Below, one piece after another: positions 17,021 through 26,223 of a stretch of 37,493 nucleotides of DNA. This stretch comes from Promethearchaeota archaeon (lineage in GTDB: Archaea; Asgardarchaeota; Hermodarchaeia; Hermodarchaeales; Hermodarchaeaceae), in NCBI GenBank assembly GCA_048938385.1, contig JBHLMG010000022.1, positions 1 through 37,493 of the forward strand, given 5' to 3'. Numbering within the stretch: position 1 is the first letter of the stretch; the number at the start of each line of letters is the position of its first letter. The notes under the pieces are model-generated. The model had not been told where the DNA came from, ran no database searches, and was given only the letters and a program-made list of their open reading frames with translations. The position numbers and the translations under genes were made by a program.

Positions 17021-17203
17021 ATGAGTTCAGAAGCTGAAGACAACACACTCCTCGATGGAATTGCTGAATTAATGCTACTACCCTTAAAGAATGGTCAGTG
17101 CAAAAAGGTTGAAGCCCAAATCACAGTTGAAATCGATGAAAAAGATGGAAGAATGAAGCTCAGCGCCTTGATAAATAGTCCTCAGGAAGATAAGCGTAAA
17201 TAA
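17021..17203 (+). CDS. Small hypothetical protein (60 aa), divergent from xerA
   Basis: Strong GGGGTGA SD; helix plus beta-hairpin pattern. Confidence 0.6.
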   Translation: MSSEAEDNTLLDGIAELMLLPLKNGQCKKVEAQITVEIDEKDGRMKLSALINSPQEDKRK

Positions 17204-17563
17204 CCAGTCATCTCCCTATTTGTTATCACTCGTTCTATACCTTACTCACTGAGCTACTTACCATTATTTTTGTTGACTTTGCTTAAGAGCTGTTTTAACA
17301 AGGAACAATGAGCAATCCACGCTAGTATTACTAATCCAGTGATCCGAAAACTCTTGCATTTCTTAATAGTGGTACTTGTTGGGTTAGGGGCGTTACAATT
17401 TTTGCGAGCTTGTTTATCATAGAGATTGATCGGCTTCTACTCGTTGGTTTTTTCTATTTACTCGCCCCGCAAACTCGTTTTCCTCTTCGGCTCATAGGTT
17501 CTTGAACAGGTCTAGGAAAATATCTCAACCTACTTCAAATGGGCAAAGTGACCCCTAAGTGAT

Positions 17564-18232
17564 TTATCTTGCACCCATAGGGCAGGCTTGCATGCAAATA
17601 CCGCAGACTGGGGCTCCCAAGTCCGCCTTGTGCATGTCAATGAAATCAGAGCATTTATCTACATCTAACAGCGTTGCTCGCTTTTGACCTGGAGTCCAAT
17701 TATTTCCTAAGATAGCTCCTACTGGACAAGCTTTCACACATTCTTCACATTTACCGCATTGACTTTCGTTCACTGGGCGCCCCGTTCTAAGTGGGGCATC
17801 AGTCAGAACAGTAACCAACCGTACACGAGGTCCAAACTTTTTCGTCACTAATAATGTGTTTTTCCCTATCCATCCTAACCCTGCTTGGGTAGCTACCATC
17901 TTGTGGGATAGATGGGCCATGTGCGATTTCCAATCTACGGTCATTGAGGCAGGAATAGGCAGCGCTTGATACTTTCGCTTTTGTAAATAGTTCATCACAT
18001 GTAGGGCGAGGTCATTGAGGTACTTGTTCACAGCATGGTAATGGTAAGCGTACAGCTGGTTGGGTCCTGAATGAAGGGAGTCCACGATGGAGTCTGATAA
18101 ACGCACTCCAATGCTAATTCCGTACGGTTGCTCTACATACTCTTCAGGCAACAGATCCTGCATTTTGGCAAACCCGACAAAAGATGCGTTGAACTGCTGA
18201 AGTAATAGTTCCCGTATGTGAATAACTGACAT
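17564..18232 (-). CDS. Epoxyqueuosine reductase (QueG)/RdhA-related protein with two [4Fe-4S] clusters
   Basis: SHK..A..AGLGWIGKN, FGPRVRL..VLT, CGKCEECVKACP and C...CGICMQACP. Confidence 0.88.
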   Translation of the reverse strand: MSVIHIRELLLQQFNASFVGFAKMQDLLPEEYVEQPYGISIGVRLSDSIVDSLHSGPNQLYAYHYHAVNKYLNDLALHVMNYLQKRKYQALPIPASMTVDWKSHMAHLSHKMVATQAGLGWIGKNTLLVTKKFGPRVRLVTVLTDAPLRTGRPVNESQCGKCEECVKACPVGAILGNNWTPGQKRATLLDVDKCSDFIDMHKADLGAPVCGICMQACPMGAR

Positions 18233-18443
18233 ACTCTGTCGTTTTGTATTTGGTGGTTAGACCCTATTAGTATGCTGAATTCCCGCTGAAAGTAGTGATG
18301 TGAAATGCCTATTTTACTTCACAGGACTCGCCAAAGGTCAATCTGCAGTGTATTTTGAGCTTCTGAAGGCTCAAATTCCTGATTGTGTACATCTGCAACT
18401 GTGAAGGCAAAAATCCATAAACACCAAATCATCAATAGCTTGC

Positions 18444-18992
18444 ATGCAATTCTATCCTGAAGATGCGGCTGTTCCCAACGAATTGAGAACCGAGGAATTC
18501 CATATACGTCCTCTTAGAGTGAGCGATGCAGAGATTGACTACGCAGCAGTGATGGATAGTAAATCCATGCTACGCATGATGAGTCAAAGTACATGGCCAT
18601 CAGATGATTTCACCTTAGAGATGAACAGAAAAGACCTAGAGAGACACGAACGAGAACACGATGAACGCATTGCATTCACCTACACAGTTCTGGATCCAAC
18701 CGAACGCATTTGCTTAGGGTGTGCGTATATCCATCACTTGAAGGAAGGCCCGATGAAAGGCGACCATGTGGCTCAGCTTCGTTTTTGGATCCGTCAGCCG
18801 TACCTAAATCAAGATTTCGATAGACTGTTGTTAAAGTATCTCATTGACTGGTTTAAAAACGACTGGGCTTTCTCACATGTTATCATCAGTGTTTGTGACA
18901 TTGATAAAAGACAAGTTCAGCTTGCAACTGAGTTAGGTCTTCCACTTGTCCATAAATACGAGAATATATGGTTAGAATATCTCATCAAATGA
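18444..18992 (+). CDS. GNAT (RimJ/RimL-like) acetyltransferase-fold protein
   Basis: LRTEEFHIRPL..SDAE.DY.AV, DL..H..E....AF.YTV, CLGCAYI. Confidence 0.8.
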   Translation: MQFYPEDAAVPNELRTEEFHIRPLRVSDAEIDYAAVMDSKSMLRMMSQSTWPSDDFTLEMNRKDLERHEREHDERIAFTYTVLDPTERICLGCAYIHHLKEGPMKGDHVAQLRFWIRQPYLNQDFDRLLLKYLIDWFKNDWAFSHVIISVCDIDKRQVQLATELGLPLVHKYENIWLEYLIK

Positions 18993-19060
18993 CTATTCCT
19001 GGTTACTCACCCCTTCTGTATCTTGGTGTACCAAGGTATCTCCTCAAACCAGGTACCTTT

Positions 19061-19996
19061 TCATTGCGTTTTAAGGAGATAACCCACAAAAGCCGAAAAG
19101 GCTACTACCCACAGCATTAAGAGAATTGGAGTTATGAGGAACTCACACACGAAAAGGAGATCCCAAAGAAGGAAAGCTCCAACCAATACTATCACAACTG
19201 TTAGCAAGCTATTAGCAAAACGAAACCTATTACTACGGAGCGGTTTAACAACAACTGTAAGTCCCCATACGACAAGAATCAAATTACACAACAAAAACAT
19301 GGCAAACATCACCAATATGGGAATTTGAAAGAACTTGGAGAGGGACATAATCATTAGAGGCATCCATGGATCGGTTATAGGTAACCATGGATAGAGTATG
19401 AAGGGGGATAAAGACTGAACATGAGATAGGAGTAATATGAACAAAACACTGAGGATACCACTGATACTCACCAAGATCTTCAGCCCGATCGAATTACGAG
19501 GTTTAATGTAATCGTAAATTGTCAAAGTGATAAGAAATGACCCCAACACCACTTGGAGAAGGGCTGAAGATACGAGACCGATGATAAACCTGCTCGATGC
19601 GACTCCAGAGGGGTAGGGGTAATAATAGTAAACGATCAACCCTTCGACCTTTGGAAAAAGGTGTATAAATGGCCTCCATATCCACCCACACCATAATCCT
19701 ACGAAGATAATTGCCGCCCCAATAGGAATCGTCCAGCCACGAACAGGACCCTGCCTAACCAGTCCTCCATATATAAGAACGAGATAGACCCCAAAACCGA
19801 TCTCGATTATGGCGATAAACGATGTTCCCGTATAAACCAGTAATTGGAGCATTGATAGAAGGGGAGCCACAATATAATCTGTGATTGGCAACTGGAACTG
19901 TATCCAACTAAAGAAGAATGTGCCAATCAACAAGATCCCCCAACCCTGGAGAATACGCTCTAAATATTCACGCAAACCCTTCCAACCTCTGTTCAC
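19061..19996 (-). CDS. Polytopic membrane protein (about 8 TM)
   Basis: Long uninterrupted hydrophobic ORF; GTG start. Confidence 0.8.
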   Translation of the reverse strand: MNRGWKGLREYLERILQGWGILLIGTFFFSWIQFQLPITDYIVAPLLSMLQLLVYTGTSFIAIIEIGFGVYLVLIYGGLVRQGPVRGWTIPIGAAIIFVGLWCGWIWRPFIHLFPKVEGLIVYYYYPYPSGVASSRFIIGLVSSALLQVVLGSFLITLTIYDYIKPRNSIGLKILVSISGILSVLFILLLSHVQSLSPFILYPWLPITDPWMPLMIMSLSKFFQIPILVMFAMFLLCNLILVVWGLTVVVKPLRSNRFRFANSLLTVVIVLVGAFLLWDLLFVCEFLITPILLMLWVVAFSAFVGYLLKTQ

Positions 19997-20110
19997 TCAT
20001 TGAGACATCACTGTAATAAATCTTGACTCACGGATCACTTCTTGGGCTATGTTAGCGGAGTGCAAGTTAGCGGTGTATAACAAATTTTCCTGGGTAAAAC
20101 ATCCAGTTAT

Positions 20111-21685
20111 CTACTTAATCTGCAACCAAAACTGGGCTAAATCATCTGCAAGGCGGGTTGACATAAGCCCTCGAAGGGAGAGCTCCTGAACTCCTTGAAG
20201 GAATCGGTCCACACGTCTCTTATGTTTTAACTCATTATTTCTCGTCGCCTGTTTGTCAAGACTTTCTCTGAATCTGGGTTTAGAAACCATCTCAAGGCGT
20301 AAATGTTCTTGTAGTGTTAGACAAAACTGGTCATCAAAAAGCTGAACATTGAAGGCTTTCACAGGTGGAACATTCTTTGTACCTTTCCAATGAATCGGAG
20401 ATGGTGGTTGTTGAAATCTTAATGGCGGAATAATTGCGTATCGAGTGGGATCGAGTGTTTTGATAATAAAAATTGGAATTAAAACCTCTACGAAAAGGTG
20501 TTCACCAAGGAAATCATTAGTTTTAGCAGATATATCTAAGCACCGATTGTATTGTTCTTCTAATTTTGAACTAATGTCATGAAGTGTTTGAATGAGTGTG
20601 GGATAGCTACCGAGAATCCGTTCGCGCAGACTTACCAAGATACTCAATTGTGATTGAGCCTGTACACCAACGCTTTTTCTTGGAGAATGCAGTGAGCGAT
20701 ATTCAGGTACAGAGCTGACTAACATGTCCTGTTGATGTCCTATTTTCTCTTGCTCGTAAAGAGACAACCAGCGACGTTCTACTTCTTCAAGTTGGGAAGA
20801 CGCCACATCAAGCTCAATTGAGGTCTGTTGAAGTGATTGCCGGAAATCATGCGCAAGGATCTGGGGTTGAATCAGATCTTCAGGATTATCCCGAAAAATT
20901 AAATCCGTCTTTGTTGGGCTTGAATCCATTTGAAGGATAAATTGGCGGCATTGGTGTGTGGCAAATTTCAGTATACCTTCCAAATGATTTAGCAGCTGTG
21001 ACATATCCAATTCAGCAGCTGTGCTCTGATGAATTTTCAATCTCTCTTCGTTAATGTAATTTAATTGACGCTCGATATACTTGTTAATGGTATCCATCAT
21101 GTGCATCAAATGCTTATGACAGAGAGTAAGTCGTGTTATTTCCTCGCGCAAATTAGATTCAAGATCCTGTGCATCTATCTTGCCAAATGCCGGTTCGATA
21201 CATCGTTTCTTAGATGGCGGAGGTAATGATGGTTCTATGAGTCGACGAATTGGGTCCAGCATCGAAGGTTTCATCGGTTTCGGGAGCGTGATACTTGTTG
21301 GATGCAGATTCCTTACAAGCTTCTCTAAATTGACCACTAGGCTCGGAACCTGTTGGGTTTGTTCAACATGGCTTAGCAGGTTTTCAAGGGCCTCTGGTGG
21401 CAAAACTGTGATGTTCTTGAGTGTAATAGAGGAATTTCCTACCCCGCAAACAATGAGGCTATGTTCAGGATTTACTCTAATAAGATAGATGGGCAAATAG
21501 AGCTTCGAAATATAGGATAATCGTAATGATGAACGGGATTGCATACGCAAATATGTAACGGCGGCAACTAGGTCTGACTCTGGAGTGAAACCAAGCTTTC
21601 CTTTTTTACTTTCCCATACCCACTGTGCTTTTGGTTGCTCCCTGATGGGCGAACGAAAAAATGCAGCAACCTTTGTCTCGGTCAC
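20111..21685 (-). CDS. Hypothetical protein with a long central coiled coil between globular N- and C-terminal regions
   Basis: 524 aa; Q/E/L heptad-rich middle; GTGA overlap with the upstream gene (21682-21685). Confidence 0.85.
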   Translation of the reverse strand: MTETKVAAFFRSPIREQPKAQWVWESKKGKLGFTPESDLVAAVTYLRMQSRSSLRLSYISKLYLPIYLIRVNPEHSLIVCGVGNSSITLKNITVLPPEALENLLSHVEQTQQVPSLVVNLEKLVRNLHPTSITLPKPMKPSMLDPIRRLIEPSLPPPSKKRCIEPAFGKIDAQDLESNLREEITRLTLCHKHLMHMMDTINKYIERQLNYINEERLKIHQSTAAELDMSQLLNHLEGILKFATHQCRQFILQMDSSPTKTDLIFRDNPEDLIQPQILAHDFRQSLQQTSIELDVASSQLEEVERRWLSLYEQEKIGHQQDMLVSSVPEYRSLHSPRKSVGVQAQSQLSILVSLRERILGSYPTLIQTLHDISSKLEEQYNRCLDISAKTNDFLGEHLFVEVLIPIFIIKTLDPTRYAIIPPLRFQQPPSPIHWKGTKNVPPVKAFNVQLFDDQFCLTLQEHLRLEMVSKPRFRESLDKQATRNNELKHKRRVDRFLQGVQELSLRGLMSTRLADDLAQFWLQIK

Positions 21686-22260
21686 TGGGCTGTCACTCCG
21701 TCAAGAGGTGGATACGAGATTACAAGATCACTTTCTAGATCAAAAAAAAGAAGGGCCTTGTCTCCACCATTCACTTTATGGACGAAGTTATCTGGGAATG
21801 CATAGCCTGAATGTGGCACACAGCAAGTGATTTCGTGTTCCCAATATTCATGGCAGCACGGACAGCTCGTATCTCCTACCCATTCGAACTTGTATTTACC
21901 TGGTATCATGTGAGGTATCAGTATTTGTCCGTTCTTGTCAGTCTGAAGACTATAGATTTCAATATATCTTCCTTCTAGTTCCGTGCAGTTCCAGTAGTAC
22001 ACTGTGATCCATTCTTCGCATAATGGATATACGCCAGCAGGCCATTCGGCTGGAACATCCCAGAAGAAGCTCTTCGTCAAGTCACATTTAGTGGGTGGAG
22101 ACCGGCATTTGGAAACGGATTCAGGTGAATTTTGGGGATTCGAATTAGGCTGTGTAAAGGTATGAGTGGGGAATGGGGTGTTTGGTGAAAGGTAAAGCGC
22201 TATGATGATAAGCGCGTAGGTAGAGACAAGGATAGCAATGTGGATCTTGTTTCTCTCCAT
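21682..22260 (-). CDS. Membrane-anchored Cys-rich protein with a CnaB/SpaA (prealbumin-like) domain
   Basis: N-terminal TM; Pro/Ser/Asn linker; TDKNGQILIPHMIPGKY motif; 9 Cys including CPCC and CC. Confidence 0.75.
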   Translation of the reverse strand: MERNKIHIAILVSTYALIIIALYLSPNTPFPTHTFTQPNSNPQNSPESVSKCRSPPTKCDLTKSFFWDVPAEWPAGVYPLCEEWITVYYWNCTELEGRYIEIYSLQTDKNGQILIPHMIPGKYKFEWVGDTSCPCCHEYWEHEITCCVPHSGYAFPDNFVHKVNGGDKALLFFDLESDLVISYPPLDGVTAQ

Positions 22261-22384
22261 TTATTTTTTCCATTTAGCCGGGTTTTTATTTATGGTGGAG
22301 ATTATGTTGGCTTTTAGCCTCCTCCCTACTCCACTGGTGAGGTCTTTGTTCCGCTGCCCGTTGTCGTCGCCTAGAATTCTTCTC

Positions 22385-22398
22385 GAAACCAGTACCTC
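22385..22398 (+). repeat. Direct repeat GAAACCAGTACCTC, copy 1
   Basis: Exact 14-mer repeated at 22944-22957. Confidence 0.85.
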
Positions 22399-22450
22399 AG
22401 CGCATATTGGGGCAGAAATTCGACAAAAAGATTTTGGTTATCTGGAACTC

Positions 22451-22880
22451 TAGTTTATAATGTAATAATGTTAAAGATTTGCGTTTTCTTTTGATTAAGG
22501 TGGTTTGTGACTTATTTTACAATAGCCTATTAGTTCTGCTGTATTTAAAAAGTAAATAACAATGAAATTTTTTGATTTAATTCTATAATTTTTGAATATG
22601 GTATATTAAATATACTAATTTTAAATATTATTATAAAGCTTTACAGGTTTTTATTGTAGTATTAGTGATTATAAATCGTTATGTTTTTAATATTTTTAGT
22701 ATAATTATTATCTTACAAAAATTTTTATCGCATGAGAATTAAATAGGCTTTAGTAATAATAATTTTTATTAATATTATAAGAACAAATTTTTAGATTTTT
22801 ACTAAAATTAACCACTAAGTAATAAATTTTTGCTAAAAAAGGAAGATTTTTACACTATCAATAGTGAATCCTAGTATAAG
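22451..22880. other. Extremely AT-rich non-coding spacer, probably carrying divergent promoters
   Basis: Visibly much more AT-rich than the rest of the window; TATA-like TTATAAAC (minus strand, 22453-22460) and TATAAG (plus strand, 22875-22880) at its edges. Confidence 0.6.
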
Positions 22881-22897
22881 TACAATCCATCGGATAG

Positions 22898-23037
22898 GAC
22901 GCTAAGCTCTGAGGTCGCGAATGATCTGGCACTTCAAACGTTGGAAACCAGTACCTCTCCCCTGAAAAGGGGATGTGTTTTCAGAAGAGTCAAATCCGCG
23001 GAAACCTCGGACACTTCCTGAGACAATCATCTGGCGT
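22898..23037 (+). ncRNA. Candidate structured ncRNA (about 140 nt), family not recognised
   Basis: Closing helix ACGCTA/TGGCGT; GAGGT/ACCTC helix enclosing CTGG/CCAG; TCCCCT-GAAA-AGGGGA hairpin; long hairpin around TCCGCGGAAACCTCGGA; TATA-like box about 20 nt upstream; no credible CDS. Confidence 0.4.
22944..22957 (+). repeat. Direct repeat GAAACCAGTACCTC, copy 2
   Basis: Exact 14-mer also found at 22385-22398. Confidence 0.85.
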
Positions 23038-23048
23038 ATACATCTTCT

Positions 23049-23501
23049 TCAGTCTAACGGGATTTGAAGTTTTAGAGAATCAGTTTGGCTTGAAATCCGT
23101 TTTTTTCCATTTTGGGCAACAATCTGATATTCCAGATTCAATGAGTAGGGGGATGGAATAGCACGACTTGGAAGAAACAGGGCTGAGAATTTGTATTGCT
23201 TCGTTTGGCCGCTGGGAATTTCGTGTTTTAGATTTTGAGTTAAGACATTATCCATTTTTGTGATGCGGTTTCGTCCTATCATTTTGTAGATCCGTTTACG
23301 AAATAAGAACCTGTTTGAGTGAGAGGTAATTATGACTTTGACACGAATAGGAAAATCGAAGCCATTCAATATTGCGAATATTAACTGATAGGGGATCGTT
23401 CCAGGTCTGGGCGATGCCTTTAGGTTCTTTTCCAGGGTAATCTTCCATCTGAGGTTAGTGGTTCTTGACTCTTCAAGGGTAGGGTTATTCCTTTTTGGCA
23501 T
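23049..23501 (-). CDS. Basic beta-sandwich (Ig-like) hypothetical protein
   Basis: Alternating beta pattern, N-x-x-D-x-P-I and I-P-S-G-Q-T-K-x-Y-x-F motifs; no signal peptide. Confidence 0.7.
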   Translation of the reverse strand: MPKRNNPTLEESRTTNLRWKITLEKNLKASPRPGTIPYQLIFAILNGFDFPIRVKVIITSHSNRFLFRKRIYKMIGRNRITKMDNVLTQNLKHEIPSGQTKQYKFSALFLPSRAIPSPYSLNLEYQIVAQNGKKRISSQTDSLKLQIPLD

Positions 23502-23741
23502 TTTGATCCATTCGGATTAGTCTTTCTGGATTTCACTCTATTCAGTAAGATATAACCATTCTGAGGTTGAACCAGTCGAAGAAAATTCCCTAATTAAAGA
23601 ATTTTAGCCTTTAATTTCTTCAAGAATGTATGGGGCTCACCTTATGATTTTACTTCACAAGCTTTGGATGGCTCTTCATTTGGCGCTAAGGCTCTAAGAA
23701 AACATGGGGTTTTCAAGTGTTAATGAATTCTTTTTTCTCAG

Positions 23742-24053
23742 TTACAAATCTGAAAGGTCTAACGCTGACCCTTGAGTGCAATAGTACTCCCAGCGAAGAC
23801 TCATCGTTTTCGTAACCGGGCATGTTGAACACAAACATCCTTTTTGTGTTTGGATGGATTCACTTTTTTTAGTAGAGCAAAAGCCAACCGTGGTTTCCCT
23901 GCTCCTGATGTAAGTCGGACATCTGTTGCAAAGGCACATGTAGTTTACTTGTTCTACGCCTCGCTTTTGCTCTGCTTCAGACATACTCGTCATCATCGCT
24001 TTGTATTTCTCTTCGAAAGTCGCTGTTTTCCACCGTTCTTCAATATCTGACAT
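23742..24053 (-). CDS. DUF2769 family Cys-rich protein
   Basis: CLCNRCPTY...FC...GCLCSTCPV...YYC..G (8 Cys); likely start MSDIEE at 24053. Confidence 0.88.
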   Translation of the reverse strand: MSDIEERWKTATFEEKYKAMMTSMSEAEQKRGVEQVNYMCLCNRCPTYIRSRETTVGFCSTKKSESIQTQKGCLCSTCPVTKTMSLRWEYYCTQGSALDLSDL

Positions 24054-24211
24054 AGAATACACCAATGATTCAACCATGAACCTAGTAATGCACAATGAAT
24101 CGCGGCTTAAGGCCTTAAGCTTCGCTTGGAGCCTTTAACTATTTAGCAAGCTTTGTTGTTTCAAGAAAAAAGGTAGAAAAAAAGATGAGGAGGGGGAGGA
24201 CCCCTCTTCAC

Positions 24212-24550
24212 TTAGACGATCGTAAGGATGGCCCCGATGATTACGAGAACAGCGCCAATGCCACCGCCAAAGATTAGCAGTATAATTCCGAGGATGAGGA
24301 GCATGATCCAGTTCTTCTCTAGTTTCCAGGGGAACTTGATGACACCAGATGTGGCAAGGGTAATCAGCGAAAAGATGATCAGAAGGATGCCTAGTATGAT
24401 TCCAATACCGGGGATGACACTACCGATACTCCATAAATCCAAGCCAAAGGTTCCAATGCTTAAAATCTCAAGGATTCCGAAGATCAAGGCAACGATTGCT
24501 CCAATGAGGACAAGTAGTTCTCCAATCTTTTGCAGTTGAGATTTTGCCAA
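24212..24550 (-). CDS. Small membrane protein (about 4 TM, 112 aa)
   Basis: Hydrophobic Gly-rich helices; likely TTG start at 24550 (the ORF track extends to 24667). Confidence 0.8.
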   Translation of the reverse strand: MAKSQLQKIGELLVLIGAIVALIFGILEILSIGTFGLDLWSIGSVIPGIGIILGILLIIFSLITLATSGVIKFPWKLEKNWIMLLILGIILLIFGGGIGAVLVIIGAILTIV

Positions 24551-24776
24551 AGTTTGTAACTTCCTAGCTGTGTTTCGTTTTACCCGTCCATAGACAGGTT
24601 CGGTCCTCTTGAGCAGGTATGCGATAAAAGGCTTGTTCTTTTGGTGTTTCGGCGAGGGAAAATGCAAGTTACGCTTATTATCGGGTTTTTTCCTTTAGTA
24701 TGTGCTGTTTGTGGATGGAAATTGCATTTCATTGTGAATCTTTAAATAGGCGGTTAAGGCAAGCCAAAAATATCTG

Positions 24777-25310
24777 GTGACTTTCATGGCACACGAACAG
24801 GAACATGTTGCTGGTGAAGCCCGGTACAACCATGCCATTCAAATCGGGCTGTTCCTTTTCTTCGTCGTTATCTGGGTCCTCGATTCCTTCATCTTCCGAT
24901 TTACCACCTATTTCTGGTCCATCCCCTTTTATGTTGCCTTAGCAATAGGGTTTTTTGACCTCACTTACACGCTGTCTTTCTTGATTCCGATTGTACTAGG
25001 TATTGTGATCATCATTTTAGGCCTCCGCTTGATGCAGCGGTCGCATGTCGTCTTTGAAGGAAAAGAATCTAAAGTCGTCGATCACGGCGTCTATGGCCGG
25101 GTACGCCATCCAATGTATTTGGGTTCAATTCTCCTGTATGTGGGGTTCTGGATCACAACCATCTCGTTGCTGACACTTATTCCGCTCCTCACAATTATCG
25201 TCGGTTACAATTACCTGGCTAATGTCGAAGAACGGATTCTCATTGAGAAATTCGGGGATCAATATCGTGACTACATGAAACGTGTTCCGAAGTGGTTCCC
25301 TCGCCAATAA
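24777..25310 (+). CDS. Isoprenylcysteine carboxyl methyltransferase (ICMT/PEMT) family membrane protein
   Basis: G-x-Y-x-x-VRHPMYLG and EE-x-x-L-x-x-x-FG-x-x-Y-x-x-Y-x-x-x-VP motifs. Confidence 0.92.
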   Translation: MTFMAHEQEHVAGEARYNHAIQIGLFLFFVVIWVLDSFIFRFTTYFWSIPFYVALAIGFFDLTYTLSFLIPIVLGIVIIILGLRLMQRSHVVFEGKESKVVDHGVYGRVRHPMYLGSILLYVGFWITTISLLTLIPLLTIIVGYNYLANVEERILIEKFGDQYRDYMKRVPKWFPRQ

Positions 25311-25343
25311 TGTTTCACATCACAAGTACTAACCTTTGGATCA

Positions 25344-25565
25344 TCAATACCTTCTTTTCTTTAGGTAGGCGAACAGGGTGGCAGCTATAACGCCTAGAAG
25401 GACTCCGAGGAAGAAAGAGATCCGTAGGTAATCGGGGTATCCGGTAGCCAGCCACAGGGGGACACCAATCAGCATGAAGCTGAGAATTCCGAGAATAGCA
25501 CCTAAAACCACGAAAAAGCAATCAAATTTTTCGACTGAGTGGTTACTTGATTCAGAGTAAGACAT
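25344..25565 (-). CDS. Small 2-TM membrane protein
   Basis: Two hydrophobic helices and a KKRR tail; 12 nt downstream of the GNAT gene. Confidence 0.7.
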   Translation of the reverse strand: MSYSESSNHSVEKFDCFFVVLGAILGILSFMLIGVPLWLATGYPDYLRISFFLGVLLGVIAATLFAYLKKRRY

Positions 25566-25577
25566 CTTCAGTACGCT

Positions 25578-26123
25578 CTATTTCACAACATACGGTAACA
25601 CCTTTGGACCCTTCCATTCTTCACGGAGAATACTGTAAATGGTACAATCTTGGGCGCCACCCATTGAATACATGATCATTCGGAGCACTCCTTCTTTTTT
25701 GAACCCGTTCTTCTCTAACACCCGTTTTGAGCCGATGTTCTCTTCTTCGATGACTGCTTGAATTCGTTGCCATTCTTTGCCTAAAAAGAGATAATCCAAC
25801 ATGATTGCAACTGATTCAGTAGCAAATCCTTTCTTCCGATGGTCAGGAGCCAACATGTATCCGATTTCCTTCGTCGTCATATATCCTCCAAACCGCGTCA
25901 TGAAATGGGCGATCCAGCCAGCGGGAGTGCCATCTTTTGCTTCAATAATGAAAACTGCGCTATCAGGTGATGGTTCACTGAAATATTTTTCATACGAAGT
26001 GACGGGTCGAATCATCGGAATGAAGAATTCCCCTACAAAATCGGGATCGTTCATCCATTTGGCATACATCGGTAGGTCTTCCCGTTCCAGGGCTCGCAGA
26101 TTGGTTTTGTTACCTATGAGCAT
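25578..26123 (-). CDS. RimJ/RimL family GNAT acetyltransferase
   Basis: LRALEREDL, EIGY.L.P..RKKGFATE, N.GS.RVLEKNGF..EG.LR; start at 26123 after an AGGAG SD. Confidence 0.92.
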   Translation of the reverse strand: MLIGNKTNLRALEREDLPMYAKWMNDPDFVGEFFIPMIRPVTSYEKYFSEPSPDSAVFIIEAKDGTPAGWIAHFMTRFGGYMTTKEIGYMLAPDHRKKGFATESVAIMLDYLFLGKEWQRIQAVIEEENIGSKRVLEKNGFKKEGVLRMIMYSMGGAQDCTIYSILREEWKGPKVLPYVVK

Positions 26124-26223
26124 GTAATCTCTCCTGCAGGATGCCATTGTGTTTGTTCTTCATAAAAATCCGGTGAAAGCGGCTTGAAAACGGGGCTTTA
26201 AGGCGTCTATGATGTAAAACAGG

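Noticed and set aside
14993-17203. Integrated mobile element around the tyrosine recombinase
   Set aside because: No att duplication, tRNA target, or replication, capsid or conjugation genes; the protein looks like housekeeping XerA/XerD.
17564-18232. Respiratory reductive dehalogenase
   Set aside because: Only 222 aa, with no Tat signal or RdhB anchor; fits the short QueG-like family.
22450-22476. dif-like ATAA-TGTAA-TAATGTTAAAG
   Set aside because: The right arm matches the XerD arm at 9/11, but the spacer is 5 bp and the left arm is poor; it overlaps a probable TATA box in AT-rich DNA.
22749-22776. dif-like TTTAGTAATAA-TAATTT-TTATTAATATT
   Set aside because: The 11-6-11 geometry is right, but the site is almost pure A/T within the AT-rich spacer, so chance is likely.
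22879-22955. Resemblance to c-di-GMP-I (GGACGCTAAGC versus GGACGCAAAGC) and TPP (CTGAG...TGATCTGG...CCAG) riboswitches
   Set aside because: Other conserved nucleotides are missing and there is no downstream plus-strand gene to regulate.
22261-23048. Replication origin
   Set aside because: No canonical ORB (TCCA-x-TGGAAA...GGGG) and no cdc6/orc1 in the window; kept only as an alternative reading of the 14-bp repeats.
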